Shown in pieces: positions 29,348-38,063 of a stretch of DNA of 64,000 nucleotides. The DNA comes from a virus (Duplodnaviria; Caudoviricetes), in the IMG/VR virus record IMGVR_UViG_3300030376_006203, positions 64,001 to 128,000 of that record; one strand, given 5' to 3'. Position 1 is the first letter of the stretch, and every line of letters begins with the position of its first letter. The notes under the pieces are model-generated. The model had not been told where the DNA came from. It worked only from the letters and a program-made list of their open reading frames with translations, and did no database searches. A program made the position numbers and the translations under genes.

Positions 29348-30046
29348 CTATTTTTTGATTTTGGGAAATAAGGCGTCTGTACAGAAAAGTTCAACGTCTT
29401 CTTCTTTAAGTCCTAATGACTTCATTACCCTTGGAGTATGCGGATTTTGTTGTTGATTATGGCAATAGTAATTCTGTGCTTGAATGGTTTCTTCTTCATT
29501 TGCTGTGTTTTTGTAATCACCAATGGAATCAAAATAAACTTTTAAATTGGCTAATGCCATTTCCACAATGGCTTTGGATTCTTCTTCACTGCTGACATTT
29601 CCTGCCGCAACCATTGAACCACTGAATATGTTTAATGCCCATTGCGGTAATTCTCTTTTCTTACTAGGTACAAATTCTTCTACTGCTTCTTTAAACCAAT
29701 CTATCAAAGGATGTTCTTCGCCACCAGAACTTTTTGAAAAGTCATGAAAGGCTCCTGTCATTTTGTTTTTACCTGCTATAACATCAAATCCATATATAGG
29801 ACCGTTGTTATCCAAATTAGGAAAAATACACACGTGCATCATCCATAAACCTTTAGACTCTCTAGCATCTACCACATCTATATGGCAACGTCTACAATCT
29901 TCTGTTTGCCATACTCTATTAATCCAACCGTTATCAGGTTGATTAAATTGTGCCATGCCTTCTTCTTGAATTTCTTTACCTCTAGAATCAAATTCTTTTA
30001 TGATTTGTTCTTTACAGTCTATTAGTGTGTCCCAAATGATGCTCAT
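29348..30046 (-). CDS. pcyX: ferredoxin-dependent bilin reductase, PcyX/PcyA-type
   Basis: RRCHIDVVDAR..KGLWMMHVC, PIYGFDVIAG, AFHDFS, RELP.WA..IFS and QNYYC..Q.QNPHTPRVM. Confidence 0.85.
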   Translation of the reverse strand: MSIIWDTLIDCKEQIIKEFDSRGKEIQEEGMAQFNQPDNGWINRVWQTEDCRRCHIDVVDARESKGLWMMHVCIFPNLDNNGPIYGFDVIAGKNKMTGAFHDFSKSSGGEEHPLIDWFKEAVEEFVPSKKRELPQWALNIFSGSMVAAGNVSSEEESKAIVEMALANLKVYFDSIGDYKNTANEEETIQAQNYYCHNQQQNPHTPRVMKSLGLKEEDVELFCTDALFPKIKK

Positions 30047-30258
30047 ATTAAATTTGAATCCGTGTGGTATATGAAAGGATCGTCTGTTTCTATACCTTTC
30101 AATGCTTTCACTCTTGTTTCTAAAGCATCTATTGTTGTATAGATGTGTCCTGTATCTGTTTCTTGAATTAAACTTTTAAAATATTTGATTTCGTCTTCTA
30201 GAACTTTTATTTTTATAAGATTACCAGGAAAGTCTTTGAATTTCTTTTTCCTAGGCAT
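30043..30258 (-). CDS. hypothetical protein
   Basis: DTGHIYTTI motif; overlaps both neighbours by a few nt. Confidence 0.55.
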   Translation of the reverse strand: MPRKKKFKDFPGNLIKIKVLEDEIKYFKSLIQETDTGHIYTTIDALETRVKALKGIETDDPFIYHTDSNLI

Positions 30259-30787
30259 TGTGTAAATCTTTAAACAAGTCAGCGGCAAATTTGAAACACA
30301 GTCTGGCTTCATCTGCCATGCTGTCATCTGTTTTACTTCTGATTCTTTCTTTTACTTCTTTGATGTCTGCTCTACCAAACTCATACATTGTTCCGCTACC
30401 AGGTGCTCTTTTCTTAATCATTTGTCCACCTGATAAATCTCCCATGTGTCTAACATATATGTGAGCCATTAACTTTTTAGGATCATCTTTAATTGTTGCC
30501 ATGTGTTTAAGATATTCTTCTGTGCTAGGAGCAAGTTCTGGCATATCTTCTTTTTTCCATAATTCTTGAAAGTCTGCTAATATGGCAGGTGCTCTTCTAA
30601 TTTGCGGGAAGTCATTTAACAAACCATGTGACATCGCACAGGCTTCTAACAAATTGTATATTGCGTGTTGATTGTATAAAAATTCAGCATAAAGTTCCTC
30701 AGACATTTTGCCACTCATTAAAACTCTTACAAAGCCTTGTCTTTCTGCGTCTTGGTGTACTTCTTTTGTTAACTCTTTTAGTCCCAT
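30251..30787 (-). CDS. hemO: heme oxygenase
   Basis: LKELTKEVHQDAE (proximal His), AHIYVRHMGDLSGGQ and EA..CF. Confidence 0.92.
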   Translation of the reverse strand: MGLKELTKEVHQDAERQGFVRVLMSGKMSEELYAEFLYNQHAIYNLLEACAMSHGLLNDFPQIRRAPAILADFQELWKKEDMPELAPSTEEYLKHMATIKDDPKKLMAHIYVRHMGDLSGGQMIKKRAPGSGTMYEFGRADIKEVKERIRSKTDDSMADEARLCFKFAADLFKDLHNA

Positions 30788-30930
30788 TAAAATCCTTCCG
30801 CAAACATTACCTTGGCATTTGGAAATCTTGCTTCAACTATTTGTTTGGCTTCTGAGGCAGTCCTGCCTTCTTCAGCAACTTTCATTGGTGCTTTGTTTTC
30901 CAGTGTTACCCAAAAGTAGTATTTGTTCAT
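30787..30930 (-). CDS. small hypothetical protein (47 aa)
   Basis: MNKYYFWVTLENKAPMKVAEEGRTASEAKQIVEARFPNAKVMFAEGF; coupled to clpS and hemO. Confidence 0.6.
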   Translation of the reverse strand: MNKYYFWVTLENKAPMKVAEEGRTASEAKQIVEARFPNAKVMFAEGF

Positions 30931-31232
30931 TCTTGTTCTATTTTTACTTGTAAAGGGAAACCTCTGTCTCTACTTTCGTTAGTGGCTTCTGTTCCTTTTT
31001 GTTCTGCTAATTCATATGTATATGTTCCGCAGACTGCTGAACCTTCTTTATGAATCTTTAGTGTTAGGTCTTTTGCTGTTTCTGGTTTGTGTTTGAATAT
31101 CTTTACCAATAACTCAATCACAAAATCCATTGGTGTGACTTCGTCATTCAATAAGATTACATGGTAATTCTTTGGAGTCTTTAATATTTGTTTTACTTTC
31201 GAGTCTACCTTTACTTCTAAATCTGTTGTCAT
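30927..31232 (-). CDS. clpS: N-end rule adaptor ClpS
   Basis: YHVILLNDEVTPMDFVI, IHKEGSAVCG and FPL. Confidence 0.92.
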   Translation of the reverse strand: MTTDLEVKVDSKVKQILKTPKNYHVILLNDEVTPMDFVIELLVKIFKHKPETAKDLTLKIHKEGSAVCGTYTYELAEQKGTEATNESRDRGFPLQVKIEQE

Positions 31233-31251
31233 TATACCTTCTTGTTTAAGT

Positions 31252-31273
31252 GGTAGGGTGTTGCCACCCTACC
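31252..31273 (-). terminator. hairpin after hsp20 (terminator or stabiliser)
   Basis: GGTAGGGTG-TTGC-CACCCTACC inverted repeat. Confidence 0.6.
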
Positions 31274-31283
31274 TATATTAAAA

Positions 31284-31727
31284 TTACTTAACTTCAATAG
31301 TTCTTGCTTTTTTACCTTCTGGAATTATACGTTCCATAGATATTTTCAATAAACCATCTTTAAGTTCTGCTCCCTTTACTTCTACATCATCAGCAATAGT
31401 AAATGATTTTGAAAACCATCTCTTGCTAATGCCTCTGTGAAGCATACCGTCCACGTCATTATCTTTGGCTTTTTCCTTAGATTTGACAGTCAACATATTG
31501 TCTTTGTATTCTACATCTATGTCGTCTTTTGAAAAACCTGCAAGTGCAAGTTCCACGTCATAAGTGTATTCACCAGTCTTCACTATGTTGTATGGTGGGA
31601 AGTTTGTAGCAACCATAGTATTGAAATTGTGATCATCAATCATTCTTTCAAAATGATCGAACACATTGTCGAATCCTACTGTTACTGGTCTTAATCGATT
31701 GAATATAGATAGTGCTTTATTTGTCAT
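31284..31727 (-). CDS. small heat-shock protein Hsp20 (IbpA-like)
   Basis: FPPYNI, ELALAGF, LHRGISKR.F and GAELKDGLL.I. Confidence 0.93.
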   Translation of the reverse strand: MTNKALSIFNRLRPVTVGFDNVFDHFERMIDDHNFNTMVATNFPPYNIVKTGEYTYDVELALAGFSKDDIDVEYKDNMLTVKSKEKAKDNDVDGMLHRGISKRWFSKSFTIADDVEVKGAELKDGLLKISMERIIPEGKKARTIEVK

Positions 31728-31786
31728 CGCTTTTCCTCCTTATTAAGCAAGTTAATTTAATGTAAGTCCTATCCAAGCAACTTACA
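31728..31786 (-). promoter_or_regulatory. ROSE-like RNA thermometer in the hsp20 leader
   Basis: CUUGCUU-AAU-AAGGAG hairpin occludes the SD with a bulged G; the upstream hairpin also has UUGCU/AGGA. Confidence 0.55.
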
Positions 31787-31841
31787 CTTTTATTTATCAC
31801 GTACTGTGATACTATATTATATAATAACTCATTAGGAAAAA

Positions 31842-32552
31842 TCAAGAGTCTAACCATATATTTTTTGTATCTTTTTTACCAAAATCTTTGCTTTGATACC
31901 CTTCCCTTACTTCAATTGTAAAAGATTTGCCTCTGGTATCTGCTGTAAGATGATATTCAAATCCATCATATTGAACATGGCATATTACGGGCCAACCTTC
32001 AATTTCTTGATATTCTAGATGTATTTGATCCAAACGCAAACCATGTGGCCCAGCCTTAATCTTTTCTTCTGTGTACCAAACACCCTTTTCAAAACTTTGT
32101 CCAAATAGATAATGTTTATTTTCTACTGCTAAATGGTCGGCATCAAAGGTTCCGGTCTCAATACATTTGATTCCGTATTTGCCTAATTCTTCATAACCTA
32201 ATGGAATAGTGTGAATAGTGTCCTCAAATTTAAAATCTTTATCATATTGGTCAATATACAAAGTACAACTTTCAGATAGTTCACAACCGCTGACGTGTGT
32301 AATATCATCATGTTCATACCAATCTCTCTCCAACTGTGCTTTTTTTGGCACTTTGTTAAGCATATTCATATCTCTATATTCTGCGAGATACTCACCTAAT
32401 TTGTCTTGTTTCTTACTCCAATAATCATAGGCTTCTTTGGTAATATGGCCCATAACTGCTTCACCACCATAGGCTTCAAACCTAAGGTCATAAAACTTTC
32501 TATCGTTTTTGATTTTTTCTATTAGAACTTTTTTTTGTTTAGACGTAGCCAT
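31842..32552 (-). CDS. hypothetical protein
   Basis: Long ORF with YGGE.VMG and S.EKG motifs. Confidence 0.6.
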   Translation of the reverse strand: MATSKQKKVLIEKIKNDRKFYDLRFEAYGGEAVMGHITKEAYDYWSKKQDKLGEYLAEYRDMNMLNKVPKKAQLERDWYEHDDITHVSGCELSESCTLYIDQYDKDFKFEDTIHTIPLGYEELGKYGIKCIETGTFDADHLAVENKHYLFGQSFEKGVWYTEEKIKAGPHGLRLDQIHLEYQEIEGWPVICHVQYDGFEYHLTADTRGKSFTIEVREGYQSKDFGKKDTKNIWLDS

Positions 32553-32576
32553 CTAAAACATAATAACACAAATATT

Positions 32577-33221
32577 TTATTCTGTCAATGGAGGGAAACC
32601 ATTTAATTTTGCCAGTTCGTCATTGTCTTTTGTCATAGCAATGGAAGTATTGAAACTCATTGATATTCTACTGCTGTCAGATAGATTTCCTTCAACAGAG
32701 TGTTTGACCCAACTTGGAAATATTAATATACCTCCTGTCATTGGTTTGTACGTTGCTCTAACGGCACTTATATGATTACGTTTTGGCATCACTCTAGGCA
32801 AAAAGAATTCAGCATTGTCTTCTCGTTCAAAATGTATATTACCCATGTTCTCTTCTGGTATGTCAATGTAGTACACACCGCTTAAGATACTGTCTCTGTG
32901 ATCGTGAGGATGATTGTAATCGCCTTTGCCGTTGATGTTCCACCAGTAATCACTTATTTGTAAATCCATTAATCCTGCCATTTTTGTACATTCATTTATG
33001 GATCTTTGAATTGCTATTATAAATTTCTCTACTGCTATTGGTCTTTGATCTAATATTTCAAATGACTTGCTTTGCCATCCGCCATAGTTTGATGCCACTT
33101 TCCCTTGTTCATCTTGTGCTTTTAATTTAACCACATACTCTTTTAATTCTGCGTTGTTCACTTGTTTAAGTTCGTCGTTCCATATCACTGTTGGAAACCA
33201 TAGGTCGGCTTTCATAGGCAT
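32577..33221 (-). CDS. 2OG-Fe(II) oxygenase (TIGR02466-like)
   Basis: SNYGGWQS, HDH..SILSGVYY, FPSWVKH and RISMSFN. Confidence 0.85.
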   Translation of the reverse strand: MPMKADLWFPTVIWNDELKQVNNAELKEYVVKLKAQDEQGKVASNYGGWQSKSFEILDQRPIAVEKFIIAIQRSINECTKMAGLMDLQISDYWWNINGKGDYNHPHDHRDSILSGVYYIDIPEENMGNIHFEREDNAEFFLPRVMPKRNHISAVRATYKPMTGGILIFPSWVKHSVEGNLSDSSRISMSFNTSIAMTKDNDELAKLNGFPPLTE

Positions 33222-33619
33222 TATTGATTCTCCAATTCTTCAATTTTGCTAGGTAAAAATTCTAAATCATACACTTTGTTGTTGTTAATCAAATTATAAG
33301 CAAATGCGTCACTGCCATCGTATAAGAAATAACAGTTTGATTTATTTAGAATATAACCCAACAACCATCTGTCTTTGAAAGTGCCATTTACATCTAATAT
33401 AATAACATCAACTGAGTTAACAACTTCAATCAGCCACTTGATATCTTGTTGTTCATCAGGATCACCTGTTTCAAACATATACAGATTGATATCTTTTTTA
33501 AACATCAATGCTTTTTTGTTGAATTCTTCTTTGACCGAAACTTTAGGATTGATCAACAGAACACTGGCATTGCCATTGAACAGTTTATCTGGTTGTGTAA
33601 TTAAATTTAATTTTGGCAT
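33221..33619 (-). CDS. hypothetical protein
   Basis: Likely start MPKLNLITQPD at 33619. Confidence 0.6.
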   Translation of the reverse strand: MPKLNLITQPDKLFNGNASVLLINPKVSVKEEFNKKALMFKKDINLYMFETGDPDEQQDIKWLIEVVNSVDVIILDVNGTFKDRWLLGYILNKSNCYFLYDGSDAFAYNLINNNKVYDLEFLPSKIEELENQ

Positions 33620-33727
33620 ACAAATAATTATGCTATTATTCGTACAGTTTCTTCCAATGTGATTGTTCTGATTGTTCTTCGTTTTGGTTGTATGAATCAG
33701 GATACACAACCTCAGTCAAATTTGGTT

Positions 33728-35389
33728 TTAGTCTTCCTGATGTTCCTTTTTCACCTGTTGATTGCGTTCTCTCATTATGTATGATAGAGTCTTTTTTTTT
33801 GGATCAGCGTCTTTATCTTCTAAATCATATTTGACTTCGTCCTCATAGGACCCGTCTGGTTCTTTTTTCTCTTCTTTTGAAACTTCTTTTTCTGCTTCTT
33901 CAATCATTTTGTTCCACTGCTCTAACGGCATTGGTGGTACTGGTTCTTTTGGTACTCTACCGCCCAATGTCAATCCTGCACCAGTTAAGCCAGGTCTAAC
34001 TGTTTCTGCTGGTTCGATGTTTTCTAATGTTGTTTTAATATCTTCTTCTAGTTCTTTGTAATCAACTGCTTCTTCTTCCTCTTTGGCTTTACGAGCAACT
34101 TCTTCTAATGCTTTCTTTTCGTCTTCTTCTCTTTGTTTGAATTTTTCTAATTGTTCTTCTGCTTCACGTTCTTTTTGTTCTTGTTCAAAACCTTCCATTA
34201 GCATTTCGTGAGTTGTTTTTTCTTTGCTAGGAGTGGTTGTCACTGGTTTCTTTTCAGCAATATCAGACAATTTAATTGGTTTAGATTTTGCTTGTACTTC
34301 TTTTTGTTGTTCAACTATCTTGGTTAGACTCTGACCTCCAGTAGGCTTAGGCTCAACTGGCTTTACAGGCGCTGGTGGTATTGAGGGTGCTGGTGGAGTC
34401 TTAGGTGCTGTTGGTTCCTCACCATGCTTGTCTATGTATCTCCAACGGAATGTGTACTGCGAAGCAATCAACAATAATACTGCTAATGGATCAAATACAA
34501 ATATAATAGTAATAATCACCCATCTTACTGCTTCTTCTAATAAATTTCTGTCTGCTTCTTCACCATACACAAATTCAGCAATATATCTAATAGGACCAAC
34601 TTCTGATTCCAATTTCATCAGTTGTGATTTTAAAGGTTCTTGTTCTAAAATTAATGTTTCAATTCTTCCTTGAGCATCGAATATGTTCTTTTCAATTGTT
34701 TTAATTTCAACTGTATTCGCATTCAGTTGGTTATTGATTTGTGCTCTTAATTTATTAATGTTTTCTTGTGCTTGAGTGATTTGTGCGTTGATACGATCTC
34801 TTTCAGGACGTTGTTCTTCCCTTAATTTAAGTCCTTGTTTGACTCTACCAGTTCCACCAAATCCTTTGTTACGTGATGTGAATGCTTCTACATCAGCATC
34901 TAACACTTCTAGACGTTTATAAGCATCATCTATCTTCTTTTGTTCTATAGCGATGTCTTGATTAAATCTATCATTAGTGCCCGTGCTTTGCCCTGTAAGA
35001 CGCACTAATACATCCTTTTGACGTATAATATAGCCTTCTTCTGCTTTTACTTTGTTGTCTATGATTTCAATTCTTTGTGTGACTGTGTCTGAAGATAAAT
35101 TTTGATCCACGTGTGCTTTGGAAAGAAATCCAAAGATACCCATTGATGTAATCAACATCAATACTACCACTGCTATTGAGAGATAAGTTTTAAGCCACCA
35201 TGCGGCCCTTTTCCAGTTCTTATGAAGCCATACTGCGGTAACAAGTTTACCAACTTCTAAGGCAGTTCCCATAATGATTATAGGCACAGCCGCCGCGGCA
35301 AATATTGCCACAAGTCCTGCCACTGAATAATAGATTGCTACACCTGATATTGTAATGGCTGTTAAAAATGTAATAAGTCCAAATAACAT
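33728..35389 (-). CDS. membrane-anchored coiled-coil protein conserved in large phages; possible -1 frameshifted C-terminus ending at 33636
   Basis: N-terminal TMs (YYSVAGL, LEVGKLV, TSMGIFGFLSKAH), coiled coil, EVGPIRYIAE, IFVFDPLAV and an acidic tail. Confidence 0.75.
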   Translation of the reverse strand: MLFGLITFLTAITISGVAIYYSVAGLVAIFAAAAVPIIIMGTALEVGKLVTAVWLHKNWKRAAWWLKTYLSIAVVVLMLITSMGIFGFLSKAHVDQNLSSDTVTQRIEIIDNKVKAEEGYIIRQKDVLVRLTGQSTGTNDRFNQDIAIEQKKIDDAYKRLEVLDADVEAFTSRNKGFGGTGRVKQGLKLREEQRPERDRINAQITQAQENINKLRAQINNQLNANTVEIKTIEKNIFDAQGRIETLILEQEPLKSQLMKLESEVGPIRYIAEFVYGEEADRNLLEEAVRWVIITIIFVFDPLAVLLLIASQYTFRWRYIDKHGEEPTAPKTPPAPSIPPAPVKPVEPKPTGGQSLTKIVEQQKEVQAKSKPIKLSDIAEKKPVTTTPSKEKTTHEMLMEGFEQEQKEREAEEQLEKFKQREEDEKKALEEVARKAKEEEEAVDYKELEEDIKTTLENIEPAETVRPGLTGAGLTLGGRVPKEPVPPMPLEQWNKMIEEAEKEVSKEEKKEPDGSYEDEVKYDLEDKDADPKKKTLSYIMRERNQQVKKEHQED

Positions 35390-35424
35390 ACTTTACTCTT
35401 TTCGTATGCTATATTTACCTTAAA

Positions 35425-35856
35425 TTACCTAATAAATTGCCATCCTTGATACGCAACATCCTTACAGGCAGTTTCCTTAAAATCTCTTGCTTTACCCTTT
35501 TTTTGTATTTGAGTAAACACAACTCTACAATAACCACTGCCGTGCGGATAACTTGCTACAATTTTAACAAATCCGTGAGTGTCTTCTTTCATGTTGTGCC
35601 ATGCAACCACTTTGCCTTCCTCTAGACTGTTGAGTGCGAAAAACACTGCTTGATCCTGTTTCTTCATATCTTCTTTGGATAACTTGCCCATATTATTACG
35701 AACAAAGTTATACCATACCTCAACACCTGTACCTGCGTGTGTGTAGTTGTGGCTTACACTTTTCTGACTAGATAAACTGTTGGTTGTTTTTGTAGGTGTC
35801 CCACAGGCAGTCAATAAAAGACTACTTAATAGGATTAACCATTTCCCAACTGCCAT
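35425..35856 (-). CDS. lipoprotein, 17-kDa surface antigen (RT0821/Lpp0805)-like
   Basis: LTAC lipobox; ALN....G..V.W.N, YCR and ETAC...W. Confidence 0.7.
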   Translation of the reverse strand: MAVGKWLILLSSLLLTACGTPTKTTNSLSSQKSVSHNYTHAGTGVEVWYNFVRNNMGKLSKEDMKKQDQAVFFALNSLEEGKVVAWHNMKEDTHGFVKIVASYPHGSGYCRVVFTQIQKKGKARDFKETACKDVAYQGWQFIR

Positions 35857-36172
35857 CAAATTTTTGACAAACATATCCTTTTTTCCTTATCCATTCATTA
35901 GCGATATACATATCGAACCAATACTCTTTACAATCCTTGGCAATACCTGAATATGCTAAAAAGTCTTTCGCTCCGTCATCACATACTAGAGTTTCAACTG
36001 TCTGTTTATCAACAATTTCGCCTTTAGTATTCTTTATAATGACTGTTTCTGTTTTAGCATTACAATACTGATCTGACCACGGTCCTCCTGCTTCAGCAGA
36101 CGTGCTGATCACAAATAGGACCAGACCAAGTGCTAACATCACCAGAGAGATTGCGTACAATATAGGTCGCAT
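35822..36172 (-). CDS. secreted cysteine-containing protein
   Basis: Signal peptide ending AEA; four Cys. Confidence 0.6.
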   Translation of the reverse strand: MRPILYAISLVMLALGLVLFVISTSAEAGGPWSDQYCNAKTETVIIKNTKGEIVDKQTVETLVCDDGAKDFLAYSGIAKDCKEYWFDMYIANEWIRKKGYVCQKFDGSWEMVNPIK

Positions 36173-36173
36173 A

Positions 36174-36761
36174 TTATCTCTCAGATTGCTTTAGCACTTT
36201 ATCTGAAGTGTCGCTGATTTTTAATTTACTGATTAACTTCTTGTTGTTCTTATCTTCAACCAGTGTGATTATATTATCAACGTCTTTCTTCGAGATCTTC
36301 ATCAACACAAATGATCTGTAATTGTTCTTCTCTGTGTTGTAGATTGTTAATTTCTTATCAACAGAATATGTTCTAAGAACAGTTTCTTTGATCATATTAA
36401 CAATAACGTCTTGTGCTTCAACAGTTCCTGCCATAGACTCAGATGCACCTTTTTCAGTATAATTGATAGATGTCTTATTGTTCATCTCACCATTTATTCT
36501 GTCAGTGATCTTCGCTTTTGCTTTTAGAACTGCTTTCTTTTGCGACATCTCCATATCAGGAGATACTGCTACTGCTACCGCATAATAGAAACCATCTCTA
36601 AAGATAATCCCTTCTTTGCCTGTATCAGCATGGTTAAGATACCAAGCCGGTACCTTCTTTGACTTTGAGTCTTCTAAAGGTAATTGTACCATTCTACCCG
36701 AACAAGCGGATAAAACAAAGCCTAGTACAAGAACCATTATTATGTTTAAGTGCCTTTTCAT
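36174..36761 (-). CDS. LPP20-like lipoprotein
   Basis: LSAC lipobox; VPAWY and S.D.EM...KA...AKA motifs. Confidence 0.7.
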   Translation of the reverse strand: MKRHLNIIMVLVLGFVLSACSGRMVQLPLEDSKSKKVPAWYLNHADTGKEGIIFRDGFYYAVAVAVSPDMEMSQKKAVLKAKAKITDRINGEMNNKTSINYTEKGASESMAGTVEAQDVIVNMIKETVLRTYSVDKKLTIYNTEKNNYRSFVLMKISKKDVDNIITLVEDKNNKKLISKLKISDTSDKVLKQSER

Positions 36762-36781
36762 AAGCCTCCTTTGTAGTGTAT

Positions 36782-36810
36782 AGTATATAAGAAACAGCCA
36801 AAATAGTCAA
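36782..36810 (-). promoter_or_regulatory. sigma70-type promoter of the lipoprotein operon
   Basis: TTGACT-17-TATACT, followed by AAGGAGG RBS. Confidence 0.7.
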
Positions 36811-36873
36811 CCACAAACAACCAAAAAGAATTGGCGGAAACCTTGATGTTTTGGCAATGATGTTACCAAAATA

Positions 36874-37389
36874 TTATTTGATTACTATATATTCGAAGTT
36901 TTGAGTGGTTTCGTTCTTTTGGATTAACTTGGCTCCATTTCTTAAATGAAACTTTTCAGCCATCTTGGTAAGCGGAGACAATGTGATTAGTCTGTTTAAA
37001 TGGTTAGACTTCTTAATCATTTTGTACACTTCGTTCACAATCATTTTACCACCACCCTTTTTAAGACTCCAAACTGTGTAGGCAATAGCAATACTGCCTT
37101 GTACGCCTGCTCTGTGTGTTGCTTGTAGATAAGCATCTTTAGAAAGAACATCTAGGTCTTCAACTGTCTTAGGTATATGATTAACAAATCCAAAACACAT
37201 CACAGCCTTAATTTCACCGTCGTGTTTTAGACCAAACATTTTTCTGCCGTATGATGTTCTGAATTTGTTGTCTAGTTCTGGTCTGACTGGATCTTGTGTA
37301 CAGTCTACTTCTTTCAATTCAACCAGTTCTGTTTTCTTTAACCAATCAAACTTTAACCATTCTTTAATCTTCGCTTTTGTCGTCGTCAT
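36874..37389 (-). CDS. conserved marine phage protein, GNAT-like fold
   Basis: DPVRPEL, AIAYTVWS.KKGGG, TLSPLT.MA.KFHLRNGA and NFEY. Confidence 0.65.
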   Translation of the reverse strand: MTTTKAKIKEWLKFDWLKKTELVELKEVDCTQDPVRPELDNKFRTSYGRKMFGLKHDGEIKAVMCFGFVNHIPKTVEDLDVLSKDAYLQATHRAGVQGSIAIAYTVWSLKKGGGKMIVNEVYKMIKKSNHLNRLITLSPLTKMAEKFHLRNGAKLIQKNETTQNFEYIVIK

Positions 37390-37477
37390 ACTTTCTCACT
37401 TCTATTAGTATAATTAACGCAACAACTGACACTATCATTCCTAAAGCGAACAAACCGAATCCTGCTTCTACACCCAT

Positions 37478-37672
37478 TTATTCTCCTTTGTATTTCTCAT
37501 TGCCTTTATGCCAACCCACATCCTCAATGTTTTCACTGAGACACGATGGACAACACCAAAATTCTTCTAGTGATTCGTCTTGCTCTAATTCTTGAGCAAC
37601 ACCTCTCCATTTACAATTCCAACAAACGAAGTTCCAGAACTCTTCAGATTTAGTTTCTTCAGCGGTAATCAT
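37478..37672 (-). CDS. small zinc-ribbon protein
   Basis: CWNC...CPSC. Confidence 0.6.
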   Translation of the reverse strand: MITAEETKSEEFWNFVCWNCKWRGVAQELEQDESLEEFWCCPSCLSENIEDVGWHKGNEKYKGE

Positions 37673-38043
37673 TTGTTGCCTTTCATTAATGTAATTTCTG
37701 TTGCGGCTTTTCTGCCTGACACATCATCGTCATCAGCAAACACAGGCACCTGATTGCTTTTGTGCATGGTTGCTATACCAATCAATTTACGTTTACCTGA
37801 ATAAAAGATAGGCTCTTGCTTCTTACCACCACTAACAGGAATCTTGTTGCCTAGTGGGACACCTGTTCGTTCTTCAATAGGCTCTAGCACTAGCGGTTCG
37901 CTTGTTTTCTTCTTGTGTTTCAACTTGTCCAAACCTCTCTCTTTTAACCAAGCCTCGTGCTTCAGTCTTGCTTCTCGTAAAGATTGTGTGTTCGCAAGTT
38001 TGCGTCTGATTCTTTTTTTCAAAGGTGTTTGAATAAATCCCAT
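37669..38043 (-). CDS. conserved phage hypothetical protein
   Basis: LIGIATMHKSN.VPVF motif. Confidence 0.65.
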   Translation of the reverse strand: MGFIQTPLKKRIRRKLANTQSLREARLKHEAWLKERGLDKLKHKKKTSEPLVLEPIEERTGVPLGNKIPVSGGKKQEPIFYSGKRKLIGIATMHKSNQVPVFADDDDVSGRKAATEITLMKGNK

Positions 38044-38063
38044 TGTTTAATACTACTAGATAT

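Noticed and set aside
32528-32536. Other A-runs (e.g. near 11984, 32530, 52093) as frameshift sites
   Set aside because: They do not form an in-frame A_AAA_AAG and lie in genes that need no alternative frame.
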